Shown: positions 39,602-53,020 of the stretch, in pieces
Layout of the letters: the number at the start of each line of letters is the position of its first letter
How positions within the stretch are numbered: the first letter of the stretch is position 1
NCBI GenBank assembly: GCA_951406725.2
Contig: OX597814.1
Location: forward strand, 67,022,001 to 67,086,000
Direction of reading: 5' to 3'
Length of the DNA stretch: 64,000 nucleotides
Origin: Octopus vulgaris
Lineage: Eukaryota
Translations under genes and position numbers: made by a program
The notes under the pieces: model-generated
The model's input: the letters and a program-made list of their open reading frames with translations, nothing else
The model's database searches: none
What the model was told of the DNA's origin: nothing

Positions 39602-41340
39602 ATTACATTCACTCGCAGATCTTACGTGAATATATCTGTGTTGGGGTGACAAATTCGATAGCGTAGAGTTAGATTTATTGTAAATTTGCGTTTTAGAGAT
39701 ATATCCTAACAATACTTATCCAACACAAATGGTGGGTGTACTTGTGTTCTTCGAACACAAATACACCCATAAGAAACACTGTCACCCACTTTTAATCTTT
39801 AGTATAATACACCCAAATACAATCCTTCTCCTGATGCTTAGCCGTCTGCTAAACTTGCCTGCATTCGGTCATTATTTCAAGCTGCAATCCAACGAACTGC
39901 ATTCCTTAACATCTTTTCGAAAGACTCAAAACCTCGAGTTTTCGTTCACGAGGTTGCATTATAATGACAAACCAACGAGAGCACCTCTATTTGGTTGCTT
40001 AACCTGTTAGAATTAGCAATTAATGTCACTCAAATTAGTTTCTAACACCATAAAGGACCCAATGCATAGTCTGGCGAAAGCGATGTCAGAAAATATGACG
40101 GGATAATCATGACTAGAAAGTCTTTGTTCAAGGTCGTCTTGACATTCTTGCAATAAATATGACTATTCAGTTATATATGTAATATCTTTTTTAAAAAAAT
40201 CCTCAAGAAAGAAGTTTAAATGACGCCAGAAAGGAAGTTTCCTCTCAAAACACTATATAAACCAACTTTGGCGGCAAGTGATCGTCAATGTAGGTAGTTT
40301 TCATATCTGGGCCGCGAATTAAAATAGGGCGTCAAACAAGCTTGTTTGGGTTGCTAAGACTTTATTAGACAAAATAAAATTATATTCGATCCTACAATCG
40401 TTTCTCGCCTGCAATTGTATACATTCTCCAACTTTCCCGTAAAAACATTTTTTCACCCTTACAACAATATCTTTCTCTTTCCTATTTTTTTTTTTTACTT
40501 CTTTTAATGATTTTAGCAGAATTCTGGACTTGTTAAATGTTAATATTATTTTGTATGTAGTCAAAAATAAAAATTAAAAGTATCTTCATAAAATATTAAT
40601 ATATAAAACGGCTTTAAAAGTTGACCGATCGTGCTACTGATTTATCATTATTTCCTGTTATTTAATTATACATTATTCGAAACATAATTTTAAGGCTAAA
40701 ACAATGTTAGAGTATATTAAAATCGCGAAGTTCATGATATGACTCAGAAAGAAGCGTATATAATCCTGTTCTCATAGACAGCTTTTTTCAGATGATTGAA
40801 GCGATAAGGTAAGGGGCAACAAACGAAGGATTCCGTGGGTCAAAGCCTTGCATAGTGTTGTCGATGAAAGAAGTGAAGTTCTAATTTGTTACCGTTGTGT
40901 AGTGCCGGGGTTAGCTCTGATTAAGTAGGGCTAAGGCATGTGAGCAGTCAAAAGGACATGTTAGATGTGATCCACAAACCTGTTATTTCAGATATCGTAC
41001 CATGTCTCAACTTTTCCGGGGCTCACACAGCACACTCCGACATGGTGTGAGGAATTGATGAGGTGCAGCGTGACAATCTTGACATGTTCTATCTACTGTT
41101 CCTTCTAATCATCCATATCTAATGTTATTGTTTTAGAACCAGGTCATCTCTCATCCAAGAAACCTATGAACGAAATCAATCCGGTCATGACTATCCCAAA
41201 TTCTAGGAACATTTATCCCATGGATAGAATGTGATTTGAGAGGATTTGGCCACTATTTCTTGAAGGTCAAATGACTATGTAGATGTTCTCTCGTTGGTCA
41301 ATTTGTACACCTGTTTCTGTTGGTCAAATATGGTATCTTT

Positions 41341-41716
41341 CTCTTTTCTCTTTTACTTGTTTCAGTCATTTGACTGCGGCCATGCTGGAGCACCGCCTTT
41401 AGTCGAGCAAATCGACCCCGGGACTTATTCTTTGTAAGCCCAGTACTTATTCTATCGGTCTCTTTTGACGAACCGCTTGGTGACGGGGACGTAAACACAC
41501 CAGCATCGGTTGTCAAGCAATGCTAGGGGGACAAACACAGACACACACTTATATATATATACGACAGGCTTCTTTCAGTTTCCGTCTACCAAATCTACTC
41601 ACAAGGCATTGGTCGGCCCGGGGTTATAGCAGAAGACACTTGCCAAAGATGCCACGCAGTGGGACTGAACCCGGAACCAATGTGGTTGGTTAGCAAGCTA
41701 CTTACCACACAGCCAC
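41341..41716 (-). mobile_element. SINE family A (young)
   Basis: Reverse complement of 4180-4571. Confidence 0.92.
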
Positions 41717-42578
41717 GTTCCTTCGTTTGCTTTCTTTCTTGTCTTCTGTGTATGTTGTCAATGCCACATCATGGTTTTGTAACTCTTGATTATGTATGCA
41801 ACGTTTATGCTATTGAATGTAACTTTTATGGTAAAAAGGGATACAGTAAATTTAGCCGGTGATACTTGAGTTTGCTATATTACAACTAGGTTTCTAGAAG
41901 TGTTGGATGTGTTGTGCAGCAGTATTTGAAGAGCAGAGGGATGATTCAAGTTTGATGTCATTTCTGTTTCAAGATTTATAAATTCATGTCTAGTGAGTGA
42001 GGGCTGTGTAAGTCTATATGTCAAAAAACTAGGAAAGGACAGGTCATTGTGATACTCCATTCAGTTTTAGAAATGATTGTGTACGTTTGGCGATCTGACA
42101 GTTTGCCAGTCGGGGTTTCATGTTATTTAGTCCTAGGCCAGTTTTGAAGAAGCATACAATCAAAAGTATTCCAGTTTATGTGTCTCTTGTCCAGTTCTTT
42201 CTTATATTTAAGACAGTAGGAAGATTCGGGAAGTTGTGCGACCATGTAATTGCCCCTACAGTGATTCACCAACTCCTACTTATTACGTGGAAACCAAAGG
42301 ATGGGGCGGAGCTTTGGTACCTAGAATAGTGCATATAGTTTTTTTTTTCTAGTTAAAGATATCATATTTCCTGTGATAGGTTTGAGAGTAGTCTAATGAT
42401 TAAGTATAATTGTCTATGAATTTGAAACTATGTTGTGGTTTGGAGCCAGAGATGTGCAGATTTATGTCAAGGATGAACCGTTTATAGAGACTATTACTCT
42501 ATAGTATTTTACTGAATGTTTTGTGCTTTATGCTGAATACAGATGCTTGCAGGTTTTGATGCCGAGTTTTATTTCTGA

Positions 42579-43087
42579 CTAGCAGTATCGCCCGGCGTTG
42601 CTCGGGTTTGTAAGGGAAATAACTATATAAGCATTTTTAGAGAGTTACTTCCCTTATAGATGCCAATTCGGGCTTTCTTAGCCATTTCTGTTTTGGTGTC
42701 TTCAAGCCATGAAGTCGTTGTTCTAAAAGAACGCAGGTCTCCTTGACAACGCTTTACGACGTTGATTTCCTTACACTCCCTTCCCCACAGCTTCACGAGG
42801 GAAGAAGGGGGAGAAGCAAACAGGTGCAGGTGTGACCATGGACGCCAACTCCGCCGCCATCGACACACGAAAAATTATGCATTAAAATGGAATAAAAAAT
42901 GATGTTAAATTATTTTTAAAATCGTAGACTCATCGTAGACGCGCGCTAATACTCAGACGGGCTCGATATGAATCACGACTATAAGATACCCGAATTTGGT
43001 TAAACTGCACCGCAAAATGTGGGAGTAGTTAGGAATCTAAATCGAAGGGGACAGACACTCACACAACTACAGTTTTATATATATAGA
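42579..43087 (-). mobile_element. Non-autonomous Helitron inserted in a decayed LINE
   Basis: On the minus strand: A|TC 5' end, subterminal hairpin CCCGAGCAACGCCGGG, 3' CTAG|T, no TSD. Confidence 0.85.
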
Positions 43088-43099
43088 TGTATGTAAGCA

Positions 43100-43560
43100 T
43101 GCGCGCGCGTGTGGTGTTGTTCTTCAACAGGTTAAGTATTTCTGTACATATTGTAGTATCTAAGTTGATAATTTTGAAGATGAACTCTGGGAAGCTTGAT
43201 TGTTTCCACTTGAAACTGGTTCTATTGAGCCTTTTTAAAATTTGTAAAAGTGTTTTTGCTTTGATCCATTATGTTTGGAGGCTTTGTGATATCAATAAGT
43301 TGACAGTCAGAAATTTTGGTAAAGTGGAAGCTAAGTGTCTCAAGCAGAAGGTGATGTCTGGAGATGTATCGTTGTAGTTAGCTAGGTGAAGTATGTTTCC
43401 ATTGTTTATGATGTAAAAAGAGTTTTCACGTAGCGTTATTGCTTCATCTTTAGTATTTTCTAAACACCAAGTTGTGTTGTGGGCATTAAAGTCTCCCCCA
43501 ATGATGGTTTTGAGCAAGTGCTAAGGTCTTGTTGTTGGAGTGTGTAACCTAGTTGAACAA
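43100..43560 (-). mobile_element. Decayed LINE APE endonuclease fragment (element probably continues left of the Helitron)
   Basis: IIGGDFNAHNTTW...IINNG...TSPDITFC. Confidence 0.7.
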
Positions 43561-44816
43561 TCAATGAGAATGGTTGTGCAATGCAAGTTTTTTTTATATT
43601 ATTGTGCTTCGTGTTTGTTTTCATCATGAAGGCTTGTATTTCTAGTATGTTGCTATGCCATTTATGGTATCAGTGTACTGGATAACAGGATTTTAAGTAT
43701 GCTACAAGGCCCCTTCCATGGAGATATGGATTATCCAGTCTTAAAGTGATGCTCACAATGCTTTAAAATGTCTTATGCTGTAGTTCTAATAATGTTTCCT
43801 GAACAAATATAGTATGAATGCTGTCTGAAGATGAAATTTAGTCCCACTAAGGTATTTTTCTAGTATTTCTATATATTTTTCTTTTTTACAAGATATATGA
43901 AGTACTGTGATTTATTGAATATATTCTGTGCAGAACTCTAAAGCTGGAAAGAGTATCATTGCTATTGTTTCTGAAACATTATTTCATGTTAATTTTTTTT
44001 AATTGTATTTTGGAAAGCACCTCTTCAGAGACACTAAATTTCGTTTCATACAACTGTAAATTTTTCAGTATGATAAACTCACAATATTCAACCAGCATTC
44101 AAGCAGTGACCAAGCCATCTTTGCTGGACATATTATATTTAAGATAACTTTTAAGATCTTAAGATGTTAGCACTGCTAATTACAGTAAGTTAGGTGACTG
44201 CGTAGACACACTTTCAATTACTCTTGATGGTGTTAGTACTCTTCTGTAAATAGCAATGTATTGAAATACTGAATTCATTTCCTTTCAGAGTAAAAATAAT
44301 CTGCAAACAAATATGCATTCTATTTCATCAGATTTATCTCTACAACAGAGGAAATACTATCGTAGATATAACAATATATGTGTGCGATTTCACGATTGTA
44401 TTGAGTCTTTGTTATTTCTTGATGTGTGTATTACAAACATTATCAATGAGTTCAGGATTATCATATACTATCAGTAAGACTCTCATCTACCAGCAAGCAT
44501 GAAGTGCCAAGGAAGAAACTAGCTTAGTACTTTATATTCTGAAAGTTGTCATTATTTACCAAAAATGTAATTTCAAACAAAGAGTATGTTATTGTTTTGT
44601 ATTTTGGTTAAATATTTTTTCTAGGTAAATTTTACCAATAAAATCTTCAAACAAATTAAATTAAATTCAAGGCTTTCTCTTTAATCTTAAAATGTATCCC
44701 TTAAACAGGTTGTAGGAGCAGTGTTTGATAACTTCATCATCATTATTAGTATTTCAGCTTGGATTTATGACAGAACAACTCCTTGTGATATGTATGCAAG
44801 AATAATGGAAAAGTTT

Positions 44817-44850
<34 letters not shown>

Positions 44851-45029
44851 CATCTGCCTATCTATCTATAAATAATTCCATTATCCCCACCATTTTAACA
44901 TCCGCTTCTCTATTTTTATATAGATTAGATGGAAATCATTGAGGCATATTTTCTAAGGCCAGATACCTTTTACTTGTTTCAAACCTTGCACAATGATAAG
45001 ATGAAGAGGTACGAACATACACACACATA

Positions 45030-46139
45030 TAAAGGTGGGCTGAAAAGTTCATAGGCTGACTATGAAGGAGTGATGCTAGAGCTGTAAAATCTTGCATGCA
45101 TTAATTTCAACCCTTCTTGTTAATAACTTTCCATAAAAACAAACATCTGATTGTTTAAAAACTTCAAAACTTACTTGTAGTGACTTCTCTTGAAAAATGG
45201 ACAGAATTTGGCACTGTAGTATTTCAAGTACTGGCATAAAAAGGGTTTAGCCTCCAAGGACATTCATGCTGACATGGTTGCTACAATAGATGATGCTCCA
45301 GCTTTATCAACAGTGCAAAAGTGGGCAGCTGAATTTGGGAGAGGAGAGTCTTGAAAACGACCCATGGTCTGGACGTCCTGCAACTGCCATCACCGAGGAA
45401 AACATTGTCTTCACTACATGGTGACGGATCACAGGCGATTGGCTATAAATCAAATAGGCAATGTCAATAGCTTATCATGTGACAAAGTTAAGAATATTCT
45501 ACACAATGAACTTGGCATGATGGGTTCATCACTTTGAGCCAGAGACAAAGAAACAATCCATGCAGTGGAAACACTCCTCACCTGCTCTAAAGAAGGCCAA
45601 GATCGTTTGACCTACAGGGAATGTGATGGTCTCAGATTTTTGGGATGCAAAAGGCATTGTGCTTATTGACTATCTTCAAAAGGACTACACCATCAATGAA
45701 AAGTATTATGCCAACTTGCTGAGGCACTTATGAAAGATTGTCAAGACCAAACGCCCAGGAAAATTAAAGGGGTCTTGTTTTATGAGGACAATGCTCCAGC
45801 ACACAAGTCCTTGGTTTCAATGGCTGCTGTGCATGACTGTGGCTTCAGACTGGTTGATCACCTGATTTAATCCCATCTGACAATCATCTGTTCCCCAAAA
45901 TAAAATAAAAAACACTTGGCTGGGAACCAGTAATGCAATGATGCTGACATCATATCTGCTGTTGATGACGTTTTTGAGCAACAGAATGAAAGCTTTTTTG
46001 ACCAATGTGATCTAAGCACTGCAACACTAATGGGAAAAGCATACGGACTGTCAGGAGGAGTATGTTGAAAAATAAAACTCATTTGGTCACATTCCATGAG
46101 TAATCTTGACCAGCCAATGAACTTTTCAGCCAACCCTTG
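45030..46139 (+). mobile_element. Decayed near full-length mariner transposon
   Basis: TIRs GGCTGAAAAGTTCATAGGCTG / CAGCCAATGAACTTTTCAGCC with TA flanks; QSMQWKH, FWDAKGIVLIDYLQK, EDNAPAHKS, PDLIPSD. Confidence 0.88.
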
Positions 46140-46151
46140 TATGTATGTATG

Positions 46152-46193
<42 letters not shown>

Positions 46194-46198
46194 CACAC

Positions 46199-46235
<37 letters not shown>

Positions 46236-46505
46236 ACAGAGAGAGAGTGTGTGTGTGTGTGTAGTAGTTCACTTGAAGCATTGAAATATTGAAGGTTTTA
46301 TTAAACTTTCCACATTGTCAGAAGCTTTCTATTTTCTCATAGGCACAACAATGTGATAAGAAGTTTGCTTCTCAACAACATGGATTCAGTTCCACTATGG
46401 CACCTTAGACAAGTGTCTTCTACTATAGTTCTAGGCTGACTAAAGGCTTGTGAGTTGATTCAGTAGGGGGAACCCATTTTATATCATCATCATCATCATC
46501 ATCGG

Positions 46506-47930
46506 TCATTTTGCCAGTTTAGCCAATAAAAACACACACACTATATATTTGGTGTTACTTTGCTTCAGCGTTATTTATTTTTACATTAATCTTAATCTTA
46601 TTTTGGCCAGAGTTCTTTCGTCACACTTCTGTGGCCTCATCAGTGGTCCTTTGCTTTCTTATTTGTGTCTCTCCTTACTAACGGTCAGCCATTTTGTATT
46701 TTGTATTCCTATTGTATGTGTCTTCATTTGCGCATGCATATACCTCTATGTGTGTCTATGTTTAGTTAGTGTGGGGGGGGAGTGCCTATAATATTTGTTT
46801 TGTTTACATTGTTACCAGTCAACACCATCCCTAGAGGCGAACTGGTGTACCACTTTAGAAGGGCCCTAGACAAACTTAAGCTAAGGATTAAGGTTGTTGA
46901 AAGGCCAGGCAACCCTATCAAATCCCTAATCGGTAGAATCTACCCTTTTAGTAGAACCCCCTGTACGGATAGGAATTGTACTGTGTGTAGATTTAGCCCA
47001 CAAACAAACTATAAAGCCAGAAATGTTGTCTATAGTATAAGATGTATAGAGGGACAATGTAGTAACAAGACAACGACATACGTAGGAGAAATGGCATAGA
47101 GCATAGGAGAGAGGGTAAATGAACATTGGAGAGAGCTTAAGGAAGAAAAGAGCTCATCGGTTCTGTACCAACATGCCAAGCAGGAACACGGGGGCTCACT
47201 CAACAACATAGAAGTTAAAATCTTGTCCACACATAGAACAGATGCAACAATCAGACAAATTACAGAAGCTACACACATAATAGAAGATAAACCTAGCTTG
47301 AATAGGAAACTGGAATGGAACACTAGCACACACCACAGCATATGACAGAAGAAGATCCCCATAAACTGGTAACAATATAAACAAAACTAAAAACATAATA
47401 AAATACACAGATAAATAAACAAATGGAAGTAAATAACTATATACATTAAAAAAAATTAACTAAATACAACAAAAAAAATAAGGTGTAAGCACATGAACAA
47501 AATAAAAGTAAACAAAAACAAATTACATGAATGTATATAAACAGGAGATACAAATATTAAAGGCACTCCCCCCACACACACACACTAACTAAACAAACAC
47601 ATATAGAGGTATACGCATGCGCAAATGAAGACACATACAATAGGAATACAAAATACAAAATGGATGACCGTTAGTAAGGAGAGACACACAAATAAGAAAG
47701 AAGAAAGCAAAGGACCACTGATGAGGTCACAGAAGTGTGACGAAAGAACTCTGGCCGAAATAAAATTAAGATTAATGTAAAAATAAATAACGCTGAAGCA
47801 AAGTAACACCAAATATATAGTGCATGTGTTTTTATTGGCTAAACTAGCAAAATGAGCATTCCTAAATACAACAATATCTGTTTCAACACACGATTTCACA
47901 TCAAAAATCTTGCAAAACAAATATATAAAC
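46506..47930 (+). mobile_element. 5'-truncated Penelope-like element: inverted pseudo-LTR + GIY-YIG 3' end + pseudo-LTR + tail
   Basis: 46506-46798 is the reverse complement of ~47550-47856. Inside: CTVC..NVVYSIRC...TYVGEMA*SIGERVNEH...QHAKQEH...QITEATHIIEDKPSLN (46800-47345). Confidence 0.9.
47712..47756 (+). ncRNA. Minimal hammerhead ribozyme in PLE pseudo-LTR (inverted copy at 46605-46649, minus)
   Basis: GGACCA-CUGAUGA-G-GUCACA-GAAG-UGUGAC-GAAA-GAAC-UC-UGGCC. Confidence 0.65.
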
Positions 47931-47939
47931 GTATATATA

Positions 47940-48398
47940 TATAAAAGAATTTTTTGCGTAATGAGATAAAAAAACAAGGCTGTGTAGATATTAGAATATT
48001 TATAGATAGAAGGTCTTACAGCTGTTTCCAGGATATTTATCAATTATATCCCTTCATCGGAGACGGTGTGAGAGGATGGTTAAGTAATAGTTAATTTAGA
48101 TAGGATACAAATAGAGAGTGAAGTGGAGGAAAGAAAATAGATGTGAGATATGTAGGGATATTTTGGATCTACATATTCAATATCCCTACATATCTCACAT
48201 CTATTTTCTTTCCTCTACCTCTCTATTTTGTATCCTATCTAAATTAACTATGACTTAACCATCCTCTCACACCATCTCCAATGAAGGGATATAATTAATA
48301 AATATCCTAGAAACAGCTGTAAGATCTTCTATCTATAAATGTTCTAATATCTACACAGCCTTGGTTTTATATTGCATTATATAAAAAATTCTTATATA
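47940..48398. repeat. Fold-back inverted repeat (~220-bp arms, 16-nt loop) with unique right-hand tail to ~48552
   Basis: 47940-48162 is the reverse complement of 48179-48398; flanked by (TA)n. Confidence 0.92.
48013..48064 (-). ncRNA. Minimal hammerhead ribozyme motif (mirror copy at 48274-48325, plus, with core G>A change)
   Basis: GUCU-CCGAUGA-AGGGAUAU-AAUUGAUAA-AUAUCCUG-GAAA-CAGCUG-UA-AGAC; palindromic stem III. Confidence 0.75.
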
Positions 48399-48553
48399 GA
48401 TATGCTGACATATGACCAACATTGAACACCTTATTCACAAAATCACTGAACCTAGAATTTAATTATGGTCTGTCTATAGCACTTATTCAGCATTACCTGA
48501 CACCTTTGGGTCTCAATGACACCATTACCTCTTATAACCTCAATTTCTCTAGC

Positions 48554-48615
<62 letters not shown>

Positions 48616-48724
48616 CATATGTAAATATATATTCATATATGCCTTAACATTGTGTGATAATTGTGCGTTATCTTTCCAATCTTCTATGTATGTATGTATG
48701 TATGTGTATATATATATATATATA

Positions 48725-49300
48725 TATATAAAAACTGAGAATGTGTGTCTGTCTGTGTTTCCCTAAAACTTGAGAACTACACAACCAATTTCATTCAAAT
48801 TTTACACATGCCTTACTTAGGGTCCGGGGAGTGTCTTCGACAAAAAAAAAATGTTCAACTTCTTGCCTAGGGCGAGCCCATAGCAATATCATATCTTCTC
48901 CACTATTTCAGTATTACATGTTAAAGTGAAACAAAAACATTTCTCTATTTTATGTCAGATACTTTCACTTTAACAATAAAAATTAGAGATAATAACACTT
49001 GAATTATATGTAGTAAGTAATAATTAAAATCAAACTAAAGTATAATATAATAATTAAATCGTAACATAACAAAAGTAAAAATTGGTATAAAATTGCATGA
49101 ATGACTTGAACTTGAATAAGTGGTTTCACATGAATGGGAATAAATTAAAAATAAAATTAGTGTGCAGAAATGGAATAGTCCAGATAGAGCTGTGTACATA
49201 CCCTTTACCACGGCTTTTACATTAGATTATCTGCTAATTAGCTAGCATTAAGTATCTATATGAAGTTTGGCTGTATGTAATGTCTGTTTTCTCGAACAGC
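48725..49300 (+). mobile_element. 5' part of a Helitron/HINE-like element
   Basis: ATATAAAAACTGAGAATGTGTGTCTGTCTGTG...ACCAATTTCATTCAAATTTTACACA resembles the 5' ends of the other Helitron-like elements here; no 3' end located. Confidence 0.4.
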
Positions 49301-49599
49301 CACTTCTACTGAGTACTGCTGTTGGTTTATTTCTTATACATAAAGGACTATAGCTTCAACTGCGTACTGCTTTTTGATTCACCGTAAGGGTTGTTGTTAT
49401 TATTATTACTGTTTAACTATTGTTATCACGTTTGTTGGTTCCTCGTGAGGGAAACGTTGTTGTGTAGCATTTGTTAAATAATTGTAAACCGTAACCCTCC
49501 CCCTTTCAGAGGAGCTTTGGTTATTGTTTAAAAATTGAATTGTGTCCCTGTTTGGGGAAATTGACAATATTTTCACCGTTTATATGGAAGCATCTTTCT

Positions 49600-50138
49600 T
49601 AAAATGCCTTCGATAGAAGAAAGTCCAAAAATGAATTTCGCTGCAGGATCAAACTCATTAAAATTAAAATGCAAGAAATACAAACCTATTTCGGATTGAT
49701 CACCGACAAAGACGGTGAATCTAAGATAACAACACCAAATGAAATAAAAAATTAAATTAAAGAAAAGACTATTGTCTATAAAGTATACAATGTAGAGAAG
49801 AAAAAAAAATTTGAACACCTGGAGGAAAGCACTATCGAAAAGTGTCTTGGTGCAACTATGAAAGATATCAAGTATATAACCAGAGGCGGAAAATTCGCCA
49901 CAACAGAAGCAAGGTTCCTGTCAACGGAGCATGCAAGGGAGTACTCAACTCGACCCTTGCAAAGTATAAATATTTTATTTTTACCTATTTATCTGGGACA
50001 TAGGACATCCCGGATAAAAATTTAAAATGTACCCCCAGAAGTAGAGGTAGGCTGGATTGTAGCCACACTTCTATACAAGAGGGAGGACAAGATACAATTG
50101 ATTGAAATTACAAGAGACGGGCCTACAATTCCAGTCTG
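49600..50138 (+). mobile_element. Decayed LINE ORF1-like fragment
   Basis: TIEKCLG...EHAREYSTRPL...FLPIYLGHRTSRIKI*NVPPEVEVGWIVATL, an RRM-like ORF1 pattern. Confidence 0.4.
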
Positions 50139-50344
50139 TTATATATTTTGAGTATTGTTATCACTAGCGATATTAAGATATAACTTTGTATTTTGTATTT
50201 TATGTGTAGATGTATATATATTGAAGTACATGTAATATGTACATATATATACATGCACTAGCACTATGACCCGGCAATGACGGGTCATAATGCTAGTGTA
50301 TATATATTCTTTTACTTGCTTCATAATATATATATATATATATA

Positions 50345-51363
50345 TCATCATCATCGTTTAACGTCCGCTTTCCATGCTAGCATGGGTTGGACGGTTCAAC
50401 TGGGGTCTGGGGAGCCCGAAGGCTGCACCAGGCCAGTCAGATCTGGCAGTGTTTCTACAGCTGGATGCCCTTCCTAACGCCAACCACTCCGAGAGTGTAG
50501 TGGGTGATTTTATGTGCCACCGACACAGGTGCCAGACGAGGCTGGCAGACGGTCACGCTCGAATGGTGTTTTTTATGTGCCACCGACACAGGTGCCAGAC
50601 GAGGCTGGCAGACGGTCACGCTCGAATGGTGTTTTTTATGTGCCACCGGCACTGGTACCACAAGGATACAAATTCCATTGATGTTCATCTATTTGATTTG
50701 ATTTGACTTTCACTTGCCTCAACAGGTCTTCACAAGTATCACAAGCAGGAAGGTATGCACAGGTGGACTGACTACGTCCCAGGTAGGGGCCATGGGTTAT
50801 GGCTTCACTAGTCTTGCCGGGTCTTCTCACGCACAGCATACTTCCATAGGTCTCGGTCTCTAGTCATTTCCATGGTGAGACCTAACGTTCGAAGGTCGTG
50901 CTTCACCACCTCGTCCCAGGTTTTCCTGGGTCTACCTCTTCCACGGGTTCCCTCAACTGCTAGGGATTGGCACTTTCTCACACACCTATCTTCATCCATT
51001 CTCGCCACATGACCATACCAGCGCAATCGTCTCTCTTGCACACAACAACTGATGCTTCTTAGGTACAACATTTCTCTCAAGGAACTAACGCTCTGTCGAG
51101 TAAGTACACTGACATTACACATCCATTGGAGCATACTGGCTTCATTCCTCATGAGCTTACGCATGTCCTCAGCAGTCACGACCCATGTTTCACTGCCATG
51201 TAGCATGGCAGTTCGTACACATGCATCATACAGTCTGCCTTTTACTCTGAGCGAGAGGCCTTTAGTCGCCAGCAGAGGTAAGAGCTCCCTAAACTTTGCC
51301 CAGGTTATTCTTATTCTAGCAGTTACACTCTCAGCGCACCCACCCCCACTACTGACTTGGTCA

Positions 51364-51366
<3 letters not shown>
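50345..51366 (-). mobile_element. 5'-truncated RTE-clade LINE (ORF C-terminus + long 3'UTR + (GAT)n tail)
   Basis: MLHGSETW...RRLRWYGHVARM...GRGRPRKTW; same family as 62460-64000. Confidence 0.92.
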
Positions 51367-51396
<30 letters not shown>

Positions 51397-51745
51397 TTTT
51401 GTTTCAGTCATTTGACTGAGGCCATGCCGGAGCACTGCCTTGAACGGCCTTAGTAAAACGAACTGACTCCAGGACTTTTTTTAAGCCTAGTACTTATCCT
51501 ATCAGACTCTTTTGCTGAACTGCTAAGTTACATGGACGTAAAAACACCAATACCAGTTGTCAAGCAGTGATGGGGGTGGGGGGCAAGCACAGATACAGAC
51601 ATAGATATGTACATATATATATAGGATGAGCTCCATTCAATTTCCATCTACCCAAAGCTGTAGGAGAAGACACTTATCCAAGCTGCCACACAGTGGGACT
51701 GAATCCAGAACCATATGGTCGGGAAGTAAGCTTCTTACTACACAC
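51397..51745 (-). mobile_element. SINE family A (diverged)
   Basis: TGTTTCAGTCATTTGACTG tail and GTGGGACTGAATCC head in reverse. Confidence 0.8.
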
Positions 51746-51989
51746 ATGTCAAGCTTCTGTTCAAACTAAATCCAGTTTCAATTTTCAAACTAAATCCATT
51801 TCAGTTTTCATAACACTAAATCTTGTAGGTCTGGGAAGATAAATCTTCCTGCCCTGACAATACTGAACTAGTACATTCTCAAAAAAGGGGATGTGAAAGA
51901 GTTTTCAAAATTTCCAAGTTATATCCACATTATGTTTAAACTGGTTTGGTTCTGATTTTCACCAAGTGACCTACTCCAGTATGTGTATA

Positions 51990-52152
51990 TAAGTGCAGGT
52001 GTGGCAGTCTGGCAAGAAACTTGCTTCCCAACTACATGGTTTCAAGTCTAGTCCCACTGTATGGCATCTTGGGCAAGTATATTCTACTATAGCCTCAGGC
52101 CAGCTTAAACCTTGAGTGGATTTGGTAGATGGAAACTGAAAGAAATTTGTCT

Positions 52153-52195
<43 letters not shown>

Positions 52196-52410
52196 ATGCG
52201 CATGTTAGTTGGTCTCCAACAACCATTTGACAACTGGTGTTGGTGTTTACGTTTCCATAATCTAGTGGTTCAGCAAAAGAGACCAATAGAATAAGTACCA
52301 GGCTTAAGAAAAAGAAAATACTGGGGTCAATTCATTCGACTAAAATTTCTTGAAAGCGGTGCCCCAGCATGGCCACAGCCTAATGACTGAAACAAGTAAA
52401 AGATAAAAGA
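51990..52410 (+). mobile_element. SINE family A (diverged)
   Basis: Head, core and tail as in the other copies. Confidence 0.85.
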
Positions 52411-52889
52411 TAGTAACCAGATTGGTTTTGAACTCACTTCATTTATTTCTTAAGTAAATATGTGCATACATCAGTGTCCTACTGGATAAGAAAATCATTG
52501 CTTTCAGTTTAGAAATATAGATTCTTAGTTCTAATCCAGTTTTCTAGAATGTACACATCTAGAAACAAATAACTTGACAATAATTAGAAGTCAAGAGCAA
52601 TAGAAAAGTACCATAAATGCAAACTGAAAAATGTTTCAAACATAAAATTATAACAGTCCAAAATATTACCATCTTATTTACACAAATTGCCTCAGATGTT
52701 TAGACAACTAATACCTAAAAATCATTAAATTTTTTTTTTTAAATATAAGCTTTAAGTTTATTTTTTGATGTCATTTATTTATTATCAATACATTTGTACA
52801 TTGAAGCAATCAATATAAGAGTTGCAAAAGGAATTTTAAAATAGAAAGTATTCAGGAAAATTATATATTAAATTAGATAAAAATATGAA

Positions 52890-52946
<57 letters not shown>

Positions 52947-53020
52947 TTAAATGATTATTTAAGATGATCTTCCAAAAATTTTTGAAAATTGCACCTTCAA
53001 AATTTTTCAATTATTTCAAC

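Noticed and set aside
40690-40815. Possible plus-strand exon ending at AAG|GTAAGG
   Set aside because: All frames have nearby stops and no partner exon could be supported; it may be non-coding but cannot be shown from sequence
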